Below the pieces are notes generated by a model that ran no database searches, was not told the DNA's origin, and saw only the letters and a program-made list of their open reading frames with translations. This document shows, piece after piece, positions 26,305 to 37,194 of a stretch of DNA of 64,000 nt. Within the stretch, counting starts at the first letter, position 1; the number at the start of each line of letters is the position of its first letter. Where the stretch lies: assembly GCA_963841155.1 (NCBI GenBank), contig CAWJBM010000005.1, positions 264,475-328,474 of the forward strand, in the 5' to 3' direction. The position numbers were made by a program, and so were the translations under genes. Origin of the DNA: an uncultured Acidimicrobiaceae bacterium (GTDB lineage: Bacteria > Actinomycetota > Acidimicrobiia > Acidimicrobiales > Bog-793).

Positions 26305-27462
26305 GTGTCCAAGGATCTCGCGACCAGGTCACGGGTGCGTCGCCGGTCCGTTCTTCACGCCAGCGGACATCGCCGATGGCCGAAGCGAGTGCTCCTCGGC
26401 GTGTCGATCCTGCTCGTCCTGGTGCTCATCGGTGGCGCCGGAGGTTGGTTCTACGTCAACTCGGTACTGAGCTCGATCAAGCGCTTTCAGGTTCAGACCA
26501 TCACACCGGAGACCTCCGGCGCACCGATCGACATCCTCCTGGTTGGCTCCGATTCCCGCGCCTTTGTCACCGAGCCCGGCCAGGTCTCTTCATTCGGCAG
26601 CCCGGCCACGCAAACCGGACAGCGGTCCGATGTGATCATCGTCGTGCGGCTGGTGTCGAGCACGCACCGGATCGAGATGCTCTCGATCCCACGGGACACC
26701 TACGTCCCGATACCGGGCTCAGGTGGCTCGAACCGGATCAATGCAGCCTTCAACACCGGTCCAAGCCTGCTCGTGCAGACGATCCAGCAGAATTTCGGCA
26801 TCCCCATCAACCACGTCGTGGTGGCGAACTTCCAGGGCTTCGAGGGCATGGTGAACGCCCTCGGCGGCATCTCCCTTGACTTCCCGTACCCGGTTCGTGA
26901 CCCGGACTCCGGCCTGAACGTGACCACGGCGGGATGCCAGAGCGTGAGCGGGACGACCGCCTTGGCGCTGGTTCGCAGCAGGCACCTTTACTACTTCAAG
27001 GACGGCTGGAACTACGACGGCATGAGCGACTGGAGCAGGATCCAGCGCCAACAGGCGTTCTTCCATGCCCTGATCAACAAGGCGAACGGCGAGTTCCCCA
27101 ACCTTCTGGCGATCAACAGCTTCCTGCAGGCGACCTCCCACGATCTGCAGGTGGACGCGGGATTCTCGGCACGCCAGATGATCTCGCTCGGCCTGCAGTT
27201 CAGAGGCGTCGCCTCGGCCAGCCTCGCGACCGAGGTCCTGCCGACCTATGGCACGCAGATCGACGGCAATGACGTGCTCATGGCGGCACAGCCTTACGCC
27301 CAGAAGATGATCTCGAGCTTCCTCGCGTTCGGATCATCACCTCGCAATACTTCGACGACCACCTCGGCTCCGGGCGTGACCACGACCACCACCCCCGCGA
27401 GCGAGGTGGTCCTCGACAACCCCAAGGACTTGCCTGAGCCCTGGAACCCGAAGCCCTGCTGA
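26305..27462 (+). CDS. LytR-CpsA-Psr (LCP) family cell-wall glycopolymer ligase
   Basis: TM anchor, then 'LLVGSDSR', 'RSDVIIVVRL', 'LSIPRDTYV', 'NRINAAF'. Confidence 0.85.
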   Translation: MSKDLATRSRVRRRSVLHASGHRRWPKRVLLGVSILLVLVLIGGAGGWFYVNSVLSSIKRFQVQTITPETSGAPIDILLVGSDSRAFVTEPGQVSSFGSPATQTGQRSDVIIVVRLVSSTHRIEMLSIPRDTYVPIPGSGGSNRINAAFNTGPSLLVQTIQQNFGIPINHVVVANFQGFEGMVNALGGISLDFPYPVRDPDSGLNVTTAGCQSVSGTTALALVRSRHLYYFKDGWNYDGMSDWSRIQRQQAFFHALINKANGEFPNLLAINSFLQATSHDLQVDAGFSARQMISLGLQFRGVASASLATEVLPTYGTQIDGNDVLMAAQPYAQKMISSFLAFGSSPRNTSTTTSAPGVTTTTTPASEVVLDNPKDLPEPWNPKPC

Positions 27463-27469
27463 CATGCCT

Positions 27470-28540
27470 CTAGCCGAGGCCGTCCTCGGCGGCGGCCTTC
27501 GACACGGCCACGAGCCGATCGAGCGCGCTACGGGCGTTCCCGTCCTCGACGGCCGCGCTCGCGATCTCCAGGCCGTCGGCGAGATCGTCTGCAAGACCGG
27601 CTACGACGAGGCCCGCCGCGGCGTTCAGGCACACCAGGTCGCGCCTTGGACCAGGCTCGCCGTCCAACAACTGCAACCCCAGTCGAGCGTTTCGCGCCGC
27701 GTCACCGCCTTTCAGGTCGCCGAGCGCGGCCCTCTTCAGCCCGAGCGAGGCCGGCTCGATCTCCAACCGGCGGCGGCGGCAGGTTCCGTCCTGTTCGCGC
27801 ACCGACTCGATCAGGGTCGAGCGTGCCGTGGTCGACAGCTCGTCGAGGCCGTCGTGGCCGAACACCACCATCGCGTGCACGGACCCGAACCTTTCCAGCA
27901 CGTCCAGCATCTTCTCGGCCATCACGGGGTCGGAGACGCCGACGAGCTGGCGCGTGGCCCCCGCAGGATTCACGAGCGGGCCGACGAAGTTGAAGACCGT
28001 TGTGACGCCAAGCTCACGGCGCACCGGCGCCGCGTATCGCATCGCCGGATGAAAGCGCGGAGCGAAGCAGAAGCCGATCCCGGCCTCGTCGATGCATCGT
28101 CGCACACCGCCGGGGCCGAGGTCGATGACCACACCGAGGGCCTCGAGAACATCGGCCGAGCCGGCAAGCGACGAGGCTGCACGCCCGCCGTGCTTGCAGA
28201 CGACCGCGCCTGCGCCGGCGACTACGAGGGCACTGAGCGTGGAGACATTGATCGTGCCGCTGCGGTCCCCGCCCGTGCCGCAAGTATCCACGACCTCGAC
28301 GCCGACCTCGAGGCTCTCCGCGTGGGCCCGCATCGCCCGCACAATGCCGGTCATCTCTTCCACTGTCTCACCCTTGGTCCGCAGACCTGCCACGAGAGCG
28401 GCGATCTGGGCCGGGGTCGCCATGCCCTGGAGCACGTCGTCGAGGGCTGCGGAAGCCTCATCCGCCGTCAGGTCCTGCCGGCAGAAGATCTTTCCGAGAA
28501 CCGCCGGCCATCCGCCGATGGTCTCGAGAGTGGTCACCAT
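27470..28540 (-). CDS. trpD: Anthranilate phosphoribosyltransferase
   Basis: 'DTCGTGGDRSGTINVSTLSALVVAGAGAVVCKHGGRAASSLAGSADVLEALG'. Start taken at 'MVTTLETIGGW'. Confidence 0.85.
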   Translation of the reverse strand: MVTTLETIGGWPAVLGKIFCRQDLTADEASAALDDVLQGMATPAQIAALVAGLRTKGETVEEMTGIVRAMRAHAESLEVGVEVVDTCGTGGDRSGTINVSTLSALVVAGAGAVVCKHGGRAASSLAGSADVLEALGVVIDLGPGGVRRCIDEAGIGFCFAPRFHPAMRYAAPVRRELGVTTVFNFVGPLVNPAGATRQLVGVSDPVMAEKMLDVLERFGSVHAMVVFGHDGLDELSTTARSTLIESVREQDGTCRRRRLEIEPASLGLKRAALGDLKGGDAARNARLGLQLLDGEPGPRRDLVCLNAAAGLVVAGLADDLADGLEIASAAVEDGNARSALDRLVAVSKAAAEDGLG

Positions 28541-28778
28541 CGCCACCTCAGTCCCTCCAGAGGTCGCGGTCGAGAACACCCCCGCGCGACGAGGTCCCGT
28601 GGGGCTGCGAAGCCGCCTCGTCGATCTCTCGCGCCCGAGGCGGCGCCTCGTCCTTGACAGGCCCTGGAACCGCCTCACGCAGCGCGGTCAACTCCTCGGC
28701 GGGGTCGAAGTCCACCCAGGGAGGCTACCCCGACGCCTTCACCTCTTCGTTCTTGGAACGAACTGAGCCCCGGCCGCG

Positions 28779-29009
28779 TCAGGCGGACTTACGGTGCTGG
28801 CGGAGCATCCGGCGACGTTCGCGCTCGGTGCGCCCGCCCCATACGCCTTCACGCTCGCGGGCGGCAAGTGAGTACTCGAGACACGCCTGGCGTACCGAAC
28901 ACGACACGCAAACCGCCTTCGCCTCTTCCGAGTCGGCATCCGACACTGGGAAGAAGACGTCTGGGTCAACCCCTCGGCATGCGGCTCTTTGGCGCCAATT
29001 GGCGTTCAT
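28779..29009 (-). CDS. whiB: WhiB-family redox-sensing transcription factor
   Basis: 76 aa. Four Cys ('AACRGVDPDVFFP', 'CVSCSVRQAC') and a 'GVWGG' turn. Confidence 0.9.
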   Translation of the reverse strand: MNANWRQRAACRGVDPDVFFPVSDADSEEAKAVCVSCSVRQACLEYSLAAREREGVWGGRTERERRRMLRQHRKSA

Positions 29010-29409
29010 CCCAGTTCACTCTCTTCGTCTTTCAGTCTTGGCGACCTGCCGCGACAAGACCGATTTGCAGGGGATCGGTCGGCGGCAGCGGCGCTCTCAT
29101 CGCACGCCAGGGGGTTCGCCGGCCGAAGTCTCGATTATGAATGATCGTAACGAAACTGTCAACGATTCGCATTCCGCCGGGCCTGTCCAGCTGTGCCCGT
29201 AAGTGTGCTAGTCGCACTTCCAATCTTCGGCCGACAAGGCCTTTTCCTTGACAGGCAAATCCGCTCGGAAGCGACAAGCCGCGTGCCCGACCGCGATCGG
29301 GACCTGCCCTCGGGCCAAGCCTCGGCCGCGGATTTCGCCGACGCAAACGAGCGCCTCGGTGGCCTGGTCTTGTCGTCTGTTTGTGGCAGGCTGTCGATAC
29401 GGTGCCTTG

Positions 29410-31164
29410 ATGAGACGACCAGCGACCATGTTCGACCGGGAGGTCGCTCTATCCAAGCTGGCCGACGAGAGCTTCGACGTCGTCGTCGTGGGCGGAGGGA
29501 TCACCGGAGCCGGCGTCGCGCTGGACGCGGCCTCGAGAGGGCTGCGCACCGCGCTCGTGGAACGTGGCGACTTCGCGTCGGGCACGTCCTCGAAGTCCAC
29601 CAAGATGGTGCACGGCGGCTTGCGCTACCTCCAACAGCATGAATTCGGCCTCGTCCATCAGAGCCTCAGCGAGCGTCGTCTCCTGCTGCAGAATGCTCCT
29701 CACCTCGTCGAACCGCTTACGCTCCTCATTCCCCTGTTCGCCAAGGGAGGACTCGTTGACCGGGCCGCCGCGCGAACGTACTCGACCGCGTTGTGGATGT
29801 ACGACCTCGCCGGTGGATGGCGAATCGGCAAGCGCCATCATCGCATCACCGCTGAAGAGCTTGCCTCCCACTTCCCCACGCTGCGCACCGACCGCCTCGT
29901 TGCCGGATTCGTCTACTACGACGCCTGGGCCGACGACGCCCGGCTGACTCTTTCCATCCTGCGAACCGCCGTGCTCGAGCACGCGGCCGTCGTGGTGAAT
30001 TACGCCCCGGCCGTCGGCCTTGTGCACGGTGAGACATCCCACCTGAGCGGTGTACGGGTCGCGCCCGTCACCGAACCTCGCTCTGGCGCTTGGCTGGCAC
30101 AATCGCCCGGAACCGACACCTGCTCCGATGTGTTCGAGGTCCGGGCGAAGGTCGTCGTCAACGCGACCGGCGTGTGGGCCGATGGGCTCCGCAGCATGGA
30201 CGACCCCACCTACCCGACATCGATTCGCCCAGCCAAAGGCATCCATCTCACGGTCCCGCGTAGCAAGTTGCCCTGTGACCTCGCGACGGTGCTGCCGGTG
30301 CCGGAAGACCGCCGCTCGATCACCCTCATACCTTGGGACGAGCACACCTATATCGGGACGACCGACACCGACTACAGCGGCCCGCTGGACGACCCCCGGG
30401 TGGAGCCGGGCGACATCGCCTATGTGCTAAACGCCGTGAACGCGGCCGTCTCGTCGCCGCTCGGGCCGCAGGACGTGACCGCGAGCTGGGCGGGTCTGCG
30501 CCCCTTGCTCGCCACGGCGGGTGCTCACGGCCGTGTCCCGGGGGCGCGCACAGCCGACCTCTCCAGACGCCACAAGGTTCAGCGATCGGCGTCCGGGCTC
30601 ATCACCATCACCGGGGGCAAGCTGACGACCTACCGCAAGATGGCGGCTGACACCGTCGACGTCGTCCAGCGTGAGCTCGGAGCGCGTACCGTGGCGTCCC
30701 GCACGAAGAACCTGCGCCTTCGCGGTTCGGAACCCGTCAACGTCCTGCAAATCCGCGAGCTCGCCGACAAGCTTGGCCTCGACGCGCGGGTCCTGGACCA
30801 CCTCCAGAGTCGTTATGGAGGAGAGACGATGGCCGTGCTCGGCCTCTGCTTTGATCGACCGGAGCTTCGTGAGCCCCTCATCGAGGGTCTTGCGCACCTT
30901 GAGGCGGAGGTCGTGTACGCGGCTCGGTTCGAGATGGCCACCTGCGTCGAGGACGTCTTGTCGCGCCGTACCCGTGCCCTGCTGTTAGACGCCCAGTCCG
31001 CGGCCGTGGCGGCGGTCCGGACCGCGGAGCTGCTGGCAGCCGAGATCGGCTGGGACGCGATTCATGCGCGCGAAGAGTGCGCGGCGTTCTCCGGCATCGG
31101 CCAGCACGACCTCGCCGGGGCGGCGTCCCTTGCTGACCAAGGCTTCTGGCGCCAGGAGACCTGA
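29410..31164 (+). CDS. glpD: FAD-dependent glycerol-3-phosphate dehydrogenase
   Basis: 'FDVVVVGGGITGAGVALDAASRGL' and 'GTSSKSTKMVHGGLRYL'. Start placed at 'MRRPATMFDRE'. Confidence 0.85.
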   Translation: MRRPATMFDREVALSKLADESFDVVVVGGGITGAGVALDAASRGLRTALVERGDFASGTSSKSTKMVHGGLRYLQQHEFGLVHQSLSERRLLLQNAPHLVEPLTLLIPLFAKGGLVDRAAARTYSTALWMYDLAGGWRIGKRHHRITAEELASHFPTLRTDRLVAGFVYYDAWADDARLTLSILRTAVLEHAAVVVNYAPAVGLVHGETSHLSGVRVAPVTEPRSGAWLAQSPGTDTCSDVFEVRAKVVVNATGVWADGLRSMDDPTYPTSIRPAKGIHLTVPRSKLPCDLATVLPVPEDRRSITLIPWDEHTYIGTTDTDYSGPLDDPRVEPGDIAYVLNAVNAAVSSPLGPQDVTASWAGLRPLLATAGAHGRVPGARTADLSRRHKVQRSASGLITITGGKLTTYRKMAADTVDVVQRELGARTVASRTKNLRLRGSEPVNVLQIRELADKLGLDARVLDHLQSRYGGETMAVLGLCFDRPELREPLIEGLAHLEAEVVYAARFEMATCVEDVLSRRTRALLLDAQSAAVAAVRTAELLAAEIGWDAIHAREECAAFSGIGQHDLAGAASLADQGFWRQET

Positions 31165-31170
31165 GCCCTC

Positions 31171-32709
31171 GTGCACGACGAGCGCAGGGCCGCGCCAGCG
31201 CCGATCGAGACCGGCGTAGGAAGCAGCGAGCTCAAAGAGCGGCTCGGCGGTGAACATGTCGCGCTCGGCGACCGTTTTCTCGAGCGCCTCTCCGGCGCGT
31301 GCGCCATCATCGACCTCTCTCCGGACTCTCTGGCCGAGGCGGGCCGAGACTGGTGGCCCATCTCACTGAGATGGGCGCTGTCGGGTACCGTGCCCGCGCG
31401 GCCTGGCGTCATCGCTCGACCAGCCGACACCGCCGAGGTCGCCGGCGTGCTCAGGTGCTGCAACGATGCCGGCATCCCCGTCACTGCAGCTGGTGGGCGC
31501 AGCGGTGTCTGCGGCGGCGCCGTCCCGGTCTTCGGCGGTGTCAGTCTCGATTGCTGCGGTCTCGGCGGCGTGCAGGAGGTTCACAGTGCAACTTCGCTCG
31601 TCGATGTCCGAGCCGGCACTTTCGGGGACGATCTCGAGCACGAGCTTCGCTCGGTTCATGGGGTCACGATCGGCCACTGGCCCCAGTCCGTCGCGCTAGC
31701 GACCATCGGAGGGTCGATCGCGTGTCGCGGTGCGGGCCAGTACTCCACCCGCTACGGAAAGATCGAGGACATCGTCGCCGGCCTTGAAGTGGTTCTCGCC
31801 GACGGCACCGTCGTGCGCACGGGCGCGCTGGCCGGGCGAGGAGCGGGGCCACGCTCGGCAATGGGCCCGGACCTGACGAGCGTGTTCGTCGGCAGCGAGG
31901 GGACGCTCGGCGTCATCACCTCTGCCCGGCTGCGCGCGCACCCGGTCGCTCTCGAGGAACGGCGCGCGGCGTGGGCGTTCCCGAGCTTCCCTGAGGGTCT
32001 CGAGGCACTCCGCCGGACCCTTCAACGTGGCGCGACCCCCGCGGTGGTGCGCCTCTATGACACGACCGAGTCGCAGCGAAACTTCGACGGTCTCGACACC
32101 AACGTCCTCATCGCCCTCGACGAGGGAGACGCCGTCATCGTCGACGCCGCGATGCGGGTGCTCGCCGAGGAGTGCAGGACCGGTGAGCCGCTCGACATCG
32201 GCCTCGTCGGGCGCTGGTTCGCCCACCGCAACGACGTATCGGTGCTCGAGGCGGTCATTCGGGCCGGGATCGTCGTCGACACGATCGAGATTGCCGCACC
32301 TTGGGATGCACTGACCAGCATCTACGACAGCGCCTTGACGGCGCTTCAGGAGACGGCCGGGATCGTCGCAGCCTCAGCCCACCAGTCACACGCGTACCTC
32401 GAGGGCGCCTGCCTCTACTTCACGTTCGCGGGTCTGGGCCCTGACCCCGGCGACGACGCCTGGGCGGAGCGGTTCTACCGGCGTTGCTGGCAGGCCGTCC
32501 TCGGGGCCACTTTGGCGAAGGGTGGCTCGATCAGCCACCACCACGGCATCGGAGTCGTGCGCGGCCCGTACCTGCCCGATGCCCTCGGCGCCGGTTTCGA
32601 CGTGCTCAAGAGGCTCAAGACGGCGCTCGATCCTCGGGGCATCCTGAACCCCGGAAAGCTTGGCCTCCCCTCGCCGTTCGGCGCCCTGCCCTGGCCAGGT
32701 GGTCGTTAG
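31171..32709 (+). CDS. FAD-binding (GlcD/PCMH-type) oxidoreductase
   Basis: 512 aa. FAD-binding 4 region 'PVTAAGGRSGVCGGAVP' and C-terminal 'GGSISHHHGIGVVRGPY ... LDPRGILNPGKL'. Confidence 0.75.
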   Translation: MHDERRAAPAPIETGVGSSELKERLGGEHVALGDRFLERLSGACAIIDLSPDSLAEAGRDWWPISLRWALSGTVPARPGVIARPADTAEVAGVLRCCNDAGIPVTAAGGRSGVCGGAVPVFGGVSLDCCGLGGVQEVHSATSLVDVRAGTFGDDLEHELRSVHGVTIGHWPQSVALATIGGSIACRGAGQYSTRYGKIEDIVAGLEVVLADGTVVRTGALAGRGAGPRSAMGPDLTSVFVGSEGTLGVITSARLRAHPVALEERRAAWAFPSFPEGLEALRRTLQRGATPAVVRLYDTTESQRNFDGLDTNVLIALDEGDAVIVDAAMRVLAEECRTGEPLDIGLVGRWFAHRNDVSVLEAVIRAGIVVDTIEIAAPWDALTSIYDSALTALQETAGIVAASAHQSHAYLEGACLYFTFAGLGPDPGDDAWAERFYRRCWQAVLGATLAKGGSISHHHGIGVVRGPYLPDALGAGFDVLKRLKTALDPRGILNPGKLGLPSPFGALPWPGGR

Positions 32710-32803
32710 CCTCGGTTGGCCGCTGAGCCGGGCGTGTTCACGGGCCGGTTGAACGGCAGGTGCCCAAAGTGGGGGTACGCTCGCTCAGCGTGAGGAGTTA
32801 TTC

Positions 32804-33787
32804 GTGACGACCGATGACATGGTCAGGGAAGCCACCGTGAACCCGTCGCTCGACGACGCCCTCGAGTTGGCGGCGTCGCTACAGGCAAATCTGAACGCCG
32901 TTGTCCTCGGCACCCCGGGGGCGGTCGTCGCGGCGACCACGGCAGTGCTGGCAGCGGGACACCTGCTCATCGAAGACGTGCCGGGCGTCGGCAAGACGAT
33001 GCTCGCAAAGGCGGTCGCAGTCTCCATCGGCACTCGCCTCGCCCGGATTCAAGGCCACCCGGACCTGCTCCCGTCCGACATCACTGGTGTCTCGATCTAC
33101 TCGGCCTCGTCTGAGACTTGGGAGTTCCGGCCGGGTCCCGTCTTTGCCCACGTGGTTCTTTTCGACGAACTGAACCGGACCCCACCGAGAAGCCAGGCAG
33201 CGCTGCTCGAAGCAATGGAGGAACGACAAGTCACCGTCGACGGCGAGTCGTGGCCCTTGCCCGAGCCGTATCTCGTACTGGCGACCCAGAACCCGATCGA
33301 TCAGACGGGCACGTTTCCCTTGGTGGAAAGTCAGATGGACCGCTTCCTTCTCGCCACACACCTCGGTTACCCGGACGAGATCACCGAGACGAAGCTTGCC
33401 GTGTCTCACGGAGCGCAGCCACTGCTTTCCTCGCTCTCGCCCGTGTGCACGCCGGCGGGCCTGGCTGGCGCCCAGGCGGCCGTCGCCGACGTGCCGGTGG
33501 CGCCCACGGTCGCGAGCTATGCCGTCGCCATCGTGCGGGCGAGCCGGGCGGACCCCCTCATCCGTCTCGGTGCGAGCCCACGTGCGGCAATCGGCCTTCT
33601 CGCTGCCGCACGTGCACACGCCGTGATCGCCGGCCGGGACTTCGTGCTTCCCGACGACGTGAAGGCAGTGGCCGTCAGCGTGCTCGCTCACCGCCTGGTC
33701 ACCGATGCCGCCCCGGTCGCCGCCTTCGATTCCGGGATCGCCGCAGTGCAGGCGATCCTCGAGCGGGTTCCTTCGCCGAGGCCCTGA
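32804..33787 (+). CDS. moxR: MoxR-family AAA+ ATPase
   Basis: 'HLLIEDVPGVGKTMLAKAVA', 'VLFDELNRTPPRSQAALLEAMEERQVTV', 'VLATQNPI'. Confidence 0.9.
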   Translation: MTTDDMVREATVNPSLDDALELAASLQANLNAVVLGTPGAVVAATTAVLAAGHLLIEDVPGVGKTMLAKAVAVSIGTRLARIQGHPDLLPSDITGVSIYSASSETWEFRPGPVFAHVVLFDELNRTPPRSQAALLEAMEERQVTVDGESWPLPEPYLVLATQNPIDQTGTFPLVESQMDRFLLATHLGYPDEITETKLAVSHGAQPLLSSLSPVCTPAGLAGAQAAVADVPVAPTVASYAVAIVRASRADPLIRLGASPRAAIGLLAAARAHAVIAGRDFVLPDDVKAVAVSVLAHRLVTDAAPVAAFDSGIAAVQAILERVPSPRP

Positions 33788-34737
33788 TGCGACGGCGCTC
33801 CCGCCAGCATCGTCCGGCGGTCGACGGGGCGCGCGAGCCGATGGCCCCGAGACAGCATGTCCGTCACTTGGCTCTACCCGAGCGCGCCTTCGGACCGGTC
33901 GCCGGCACGGCTCTCTTGTTGTTCATGTGGGCCGGCGTGGCACACGCGAGCGGCTCCGGCTGGGTGCAAACCGTGGGCGCGGTGGTTGCCGGTTTGCTCC
34001 TTCTCGGCCTGGTCGCCCCTGCGTTCGCGGCTCCAGGGCTCACCCTCGTTTGCGAGAAGTCCCCCACCGATGCAACCGCCGGTTCGGCGGTGGAGATCGA
34101 CGTCGTCGCGAACCGATCGATGCGATGCACCCCACGATCGCTCCCAGGAGCTCCACTGCTGCTGGCACGGAGGACTCCTGCACGCCTTGTCGTCGTGCCG
34201 CGCCGCCGAGGCGTCATCTCGACGGTCACGGTCCGACTCGCCACCGCCGCCCCGCTCGGCCTGCTCTGGTGGTCACGAGATCAGGTCCTCGAGCTCCCCC
34301 ACCCGCTCTATGTCGCGCCACAACCCCTGAAGCGGGGTGCGGCACTGCGCCAGGCGCTCACGCCGGAGGAGGGCCACGGGCCCCCGCGTCCGACGCTCAC
34401 CGGAGACCTGCGGGGAGTTCGCCCCTACCAGCACGGCGATGGTCGGCGACGTGTTCACTGGAATGCAAGCGCCCACACCGGCGACCTCATGGTCCGCGAG
34501 TCCGAGAGCCAGAGTGACGACCCGATCCGGATGGTGATCGATCTCCCCCGAGACCTCGACGCCGCCGACCGGCTCGCCGAGGAGGCGATGGGAGAGATCG
34601 TGGCGCAGCTGAGCAGGGGCCGTCGTATCGTGCTCGAGACCACCGAGGTCACCGGCAGGGTCGTCGCTCCTGTGGCCGAGCGCCTCTCAGCGGGGCGGCG
34701 CCTCGCCCGTTCGGTGGCCTCTTCAGATGCGCGCTAG
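33787..34737 (+). CDS. DUF58 domain protein (MoxR partner)
   Basis: ATG overlaps the moxR stop. 'LRGVRPYQHGDGRRRVHWNASAHTGDLMVRE'. Confidence 0.8.
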   Translation: MRRRSRQHRPAVDGAREPMAPRQHVRHLALPERAFGPVAGTALLLFMWAGVAHASGSGWVQTVGAVVAGLLLLGLVAPAFAAPGLTLVCEKSPTDATAGSAVEIDVVANRSMRCTPRSLPGAPLLLARRTPARLVVVPRRRGVISTVTVRLATAAPLGLLWWSRDQVLELPHPLYVAPQPLKRGAALRQALTPEEGHGPPRPTLTGDLRGVRPYQHGDGRRRVHWNASAHTGDLMVRESESQSDDPIRMVIDLPRDLDAADRLAEEAMGEIVAQLSRGRRIVLETTEVTGRVVAPVAERLSAGRRLARSVASSDAR

Positions 34738-37015
34738 GCGGGCCAGCGTGCGGAGAGGCCCAGACTCAGGAGGCCAGGTGGACCGTCCGAGCGCGGCGGG
34801 CCACTCCAGTGTCCCGAGCCGCCCGGGCACGGCGGGCCGGCGTGGAATCGGCTTTGTCGAGATGGTCCGGCGCGCAAACGCCCCTCTCCCGCCAGAGCAT
34901 TCCGTGACCTTCCGGATCGCGACTGCGGTCGCCGTCCTCACCGGCATCCTCTCCTGTGCCGCGGTGGGCGAGGTATCGGTCTCGAGCGCCGTCTTCGCGT
35001 CTGTGGGAACCGTGGCCGGCATGGTGTTCTCCTACATGACGCGTGCCAAGCCGTGGCAGTGGGTGAAGATCCTGCTCGCCGTCGCGGTCCTCGGCATCTT
35101 CGCCTCGTTCGTCGTCCAGATCCTCGGTGCGGCCCAAGTCGGCCAGCTGAGCTCGATCGAGGTCCCGCTCGCCGGCTTGTTCACCTGGGTTCAGCTCATC
35201 CACTCCTTCGACGTGCCGGCAAGACGTGACCTGCTCTTCTCGCTCGCTGCGGCCGGCGCGCTCCTGACCCTCGGAGCGGCCCAGGCGGTCTCGGTCGGCT
35301 TCCTCGCCTACGTTGCAGTCTGGCTCGGAGCCTGCCTCGTCGGGCTGGGATGCTCGTGGCGTTCGATGACGGGAGGTGTCGGGCCCATCGCGCTGGGCTC
35401 GATAGCGACCACGGGTCTCGTGATCGTGCTGGCCGGTGCAGGCTTCCTGGTCCTCTTGCCGGCACCCCGAACCACTCAGTTGATCACTCTGCCCGCCTCG
35501 CTCACCTCGTACCTTCCCCTTCGAGATCCCGGTGGCATAACCGGGACCGGAGCCCAGGCGACCGAGCCAGCCCAGGCCGGTGAGGCGAGTGGGGCAACCG
35601 GGGTCGGTGGCTACCTCGGCTTCGCGAGCGAGCTCGACACCGCCGTCCGCGGCGCGTTCGGCGACGAGGTCCTCATGCGAGTGCGAGCCGACCGGCCCGG
35701 CTATTTCCTCGGGATGACCTACGACACCTGGGACGGCCGGAACTGGAAACGTTCGCCTCCGACGGCGAGGATCGTGCAGCTTACGACCGGATCGCCCTTC
35801 GACGTGAGCTCTGTATTGAGCTCCTTCGCCCAGGCGCAGGGTCAAATGGGTGGCGGAATGGTCCCGGGCCTGTACGGGGATGAGCTTGGGTCCGGGCCGG
35901 TCAACATCCAGACGTTCTATGTGGCACAGCCCATCGCGAACCTGCTGTTCGCGACCCCCGATCCCACTGAGGTCTACTTCCCGGAGCACTCACTGATCGT
36001 CGGTGCCGATGACTCGATGCGATCCACGATCGCGATGACCCCGGGCACCGTGTACACGGTCGTGTCCACCGACACTGCGGCGGCGCCGAGCGTGCTCGCG
36101 AAGGTCCGACCCCTCCAGTCCTCACAGATCCCGGCCGCTCTGGGACCGGATCTGGCGCTCCCGCCGGGACGCTACGAGCAGGTGGCCGCGCTCGCCCGCC
36201 AGATCGTGAGCGCCGCCCGGGCGACGACGACCTACGCGAAGGTGACCGCTCTCGAGGCTTGGATGGGTCGCCATGTGCGGTACTCGACCGACATCCCGCC
36301 GTTGCTCCCCGGACAGGACGCCGTCAACCAGTTCCTCTTCGGCTCTCGAGTGGGCTACTGCGAGCAGATCTCGACATCGCTCGCTGTCATGCTTCGCACG
36401 CTCGGGGTACCGACACGCGAGGCGATCGGGTACGTGCCGGGACCCTTCGATCCCCTGAGCGACCTCTACGAGATCCAGGCCAAGGATGCCCACGCGTGGG
36501 TGCAGGTGTGGTTCCCGGAGGTTGGCTGGCAGAACTTCGATCCGACTGCTCAGGTGCCTCTGGCTCCGCCGAACCCCGGTGCGGTGCTTCTCTCCGACCT
36601 GGGACATGCGATCGCCAACCTCCCGTGGGCACCCATCGGCGGCGGCCTCGGCGCAATCGCGACCGGAGCGCTCGTCGCCCTCGGAGTGCGCCGTCGGCGA
36701 AGACGCCCGACGGGATGGGCAGGACGGGTCACAGCTGAGCTCGAACGAAGGGGCGCGGCAGCCGGGTTGAGGCGGTGGCCGACCGAGACTCTCGGCGAAT
36801 ACGCCTCCCGGCTCGGTACCTTCGACAGCTGGCGGGCGGGTCCAAGCGCGACGGCCCCGCTCCGGGCGGCGTCCGCACTTCTCGAACGCGCCGCTTACGG
36901 CTGCTACGAGCCGGACGCCGGAACGCGGGCCTTCGTCGAGGACGTTGTGCGAGGGCTCCATCCGGCGCGTGGCTTCCGCCGGAGAAGTCCCCGACGCCGG
37001 CTCACAACGGCGTGA
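34727..37015 (+). CDS. Transglutaminase-domain membrane protein (TgpA-like)
   Basis: N-terminal TM bundle, then a Cys-His-Asp core 'GYCEQISTSLAVMLRTLGVPTR', 'DAHAWVQVWF', 'WQNFDPT'. Confidence 0.8.
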   Translation: MRARRASVRRGPDSGGQVDRPSAAGHSSVPSRPGTAGRRGIGFVEMVRRANAPLPPEHSVTFRIATAVAVLTGILSCAAVGEVSVSSAVFASVGTVAGMVFSYMTRAKPWQWVKILLAVAVLGIFASFVVQILGAAQVGQLSSIEVPLAGLFTWVQLIHSFDVPARRDLLFSLAAAGALLTLGAAQAVSVGFLAYVAVWLGACLVGLGCSWRSMTGGVGPIALGSIATTGLVIVLAGAGFLVLLPAPRTTQLITLPASLTSYLPLRDPGGITGTGAQATEPAQAGEASGATGVGGYLGFASELDTAVRGAFGDEVLMRVRADRPGYFLGMTYDTWDGRNWKRSPPTARIVQLTTGSPFDVSSVLSSFAQAQGQMGGGMVPGLYGDELGSGPVNIQTFYVAQPIANLLFATPDPTEVYFPEHSLIVGADDSMRSTIAMTPGTVYTVVSTDTAAAPSVLAKVRPLQSSQIPAALGPDLALPPGRYEQVAALARQIVSAARATTTYAKVTALEAWMGRHVRYSTDIPPLLPGQDAVNQFLFGSRVGYCEQISTSLAVMLRTLGVPTREAIGYVPGPFDPLSDLYEIQAKDAHAWVQVWFPEVGWQNFDPTAQVPLAPPNPGAVLLSDLGHAIANLPWAPIGGGLGAIATGALVALGVRRRRRRPTGWAGRVTAELERRGAAAGLRRWPTETLGEYASRLGTFDSWRAGPSATAPLRAASALLERAAYGCYEPDAGTRAFVEDVVRGLHPARGFRRRSPRRRLTTA

Positions 37016-37194
37016 GCGCCGACGCCTCCGCGGAGCCCGCCCCCGCGCCCGAACAAGATCCGACACCGATCGGCGCCCCGGGCGACTGAGCCCGAAGGCG
37101 ACCTCCGAAGCCTTGTCGGCGGATGGCCTTTCGAGCGCGCCTCACCCCAGGCCCGCGTCGGCTGTCGGAACAAGACTGAGCGGAACTGGTGCAG

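Noticed and set aside
33118-33786. N-terminal 220 codons of the 539-aa ORF 33118-34737
   Set aside because: This part overlaps moxR in another frame and is Arg/Pro/Gly-rich. The DUF58 protein starts at the ATG that overlaps the moxR stop (33787).
34766-35989. 407-aa minus-strand ORF
   Set aside because: Antisense shadow of the transglutaminase membrane-protein gene. Arg/Gly/Asp/Glu-rich low complexity.
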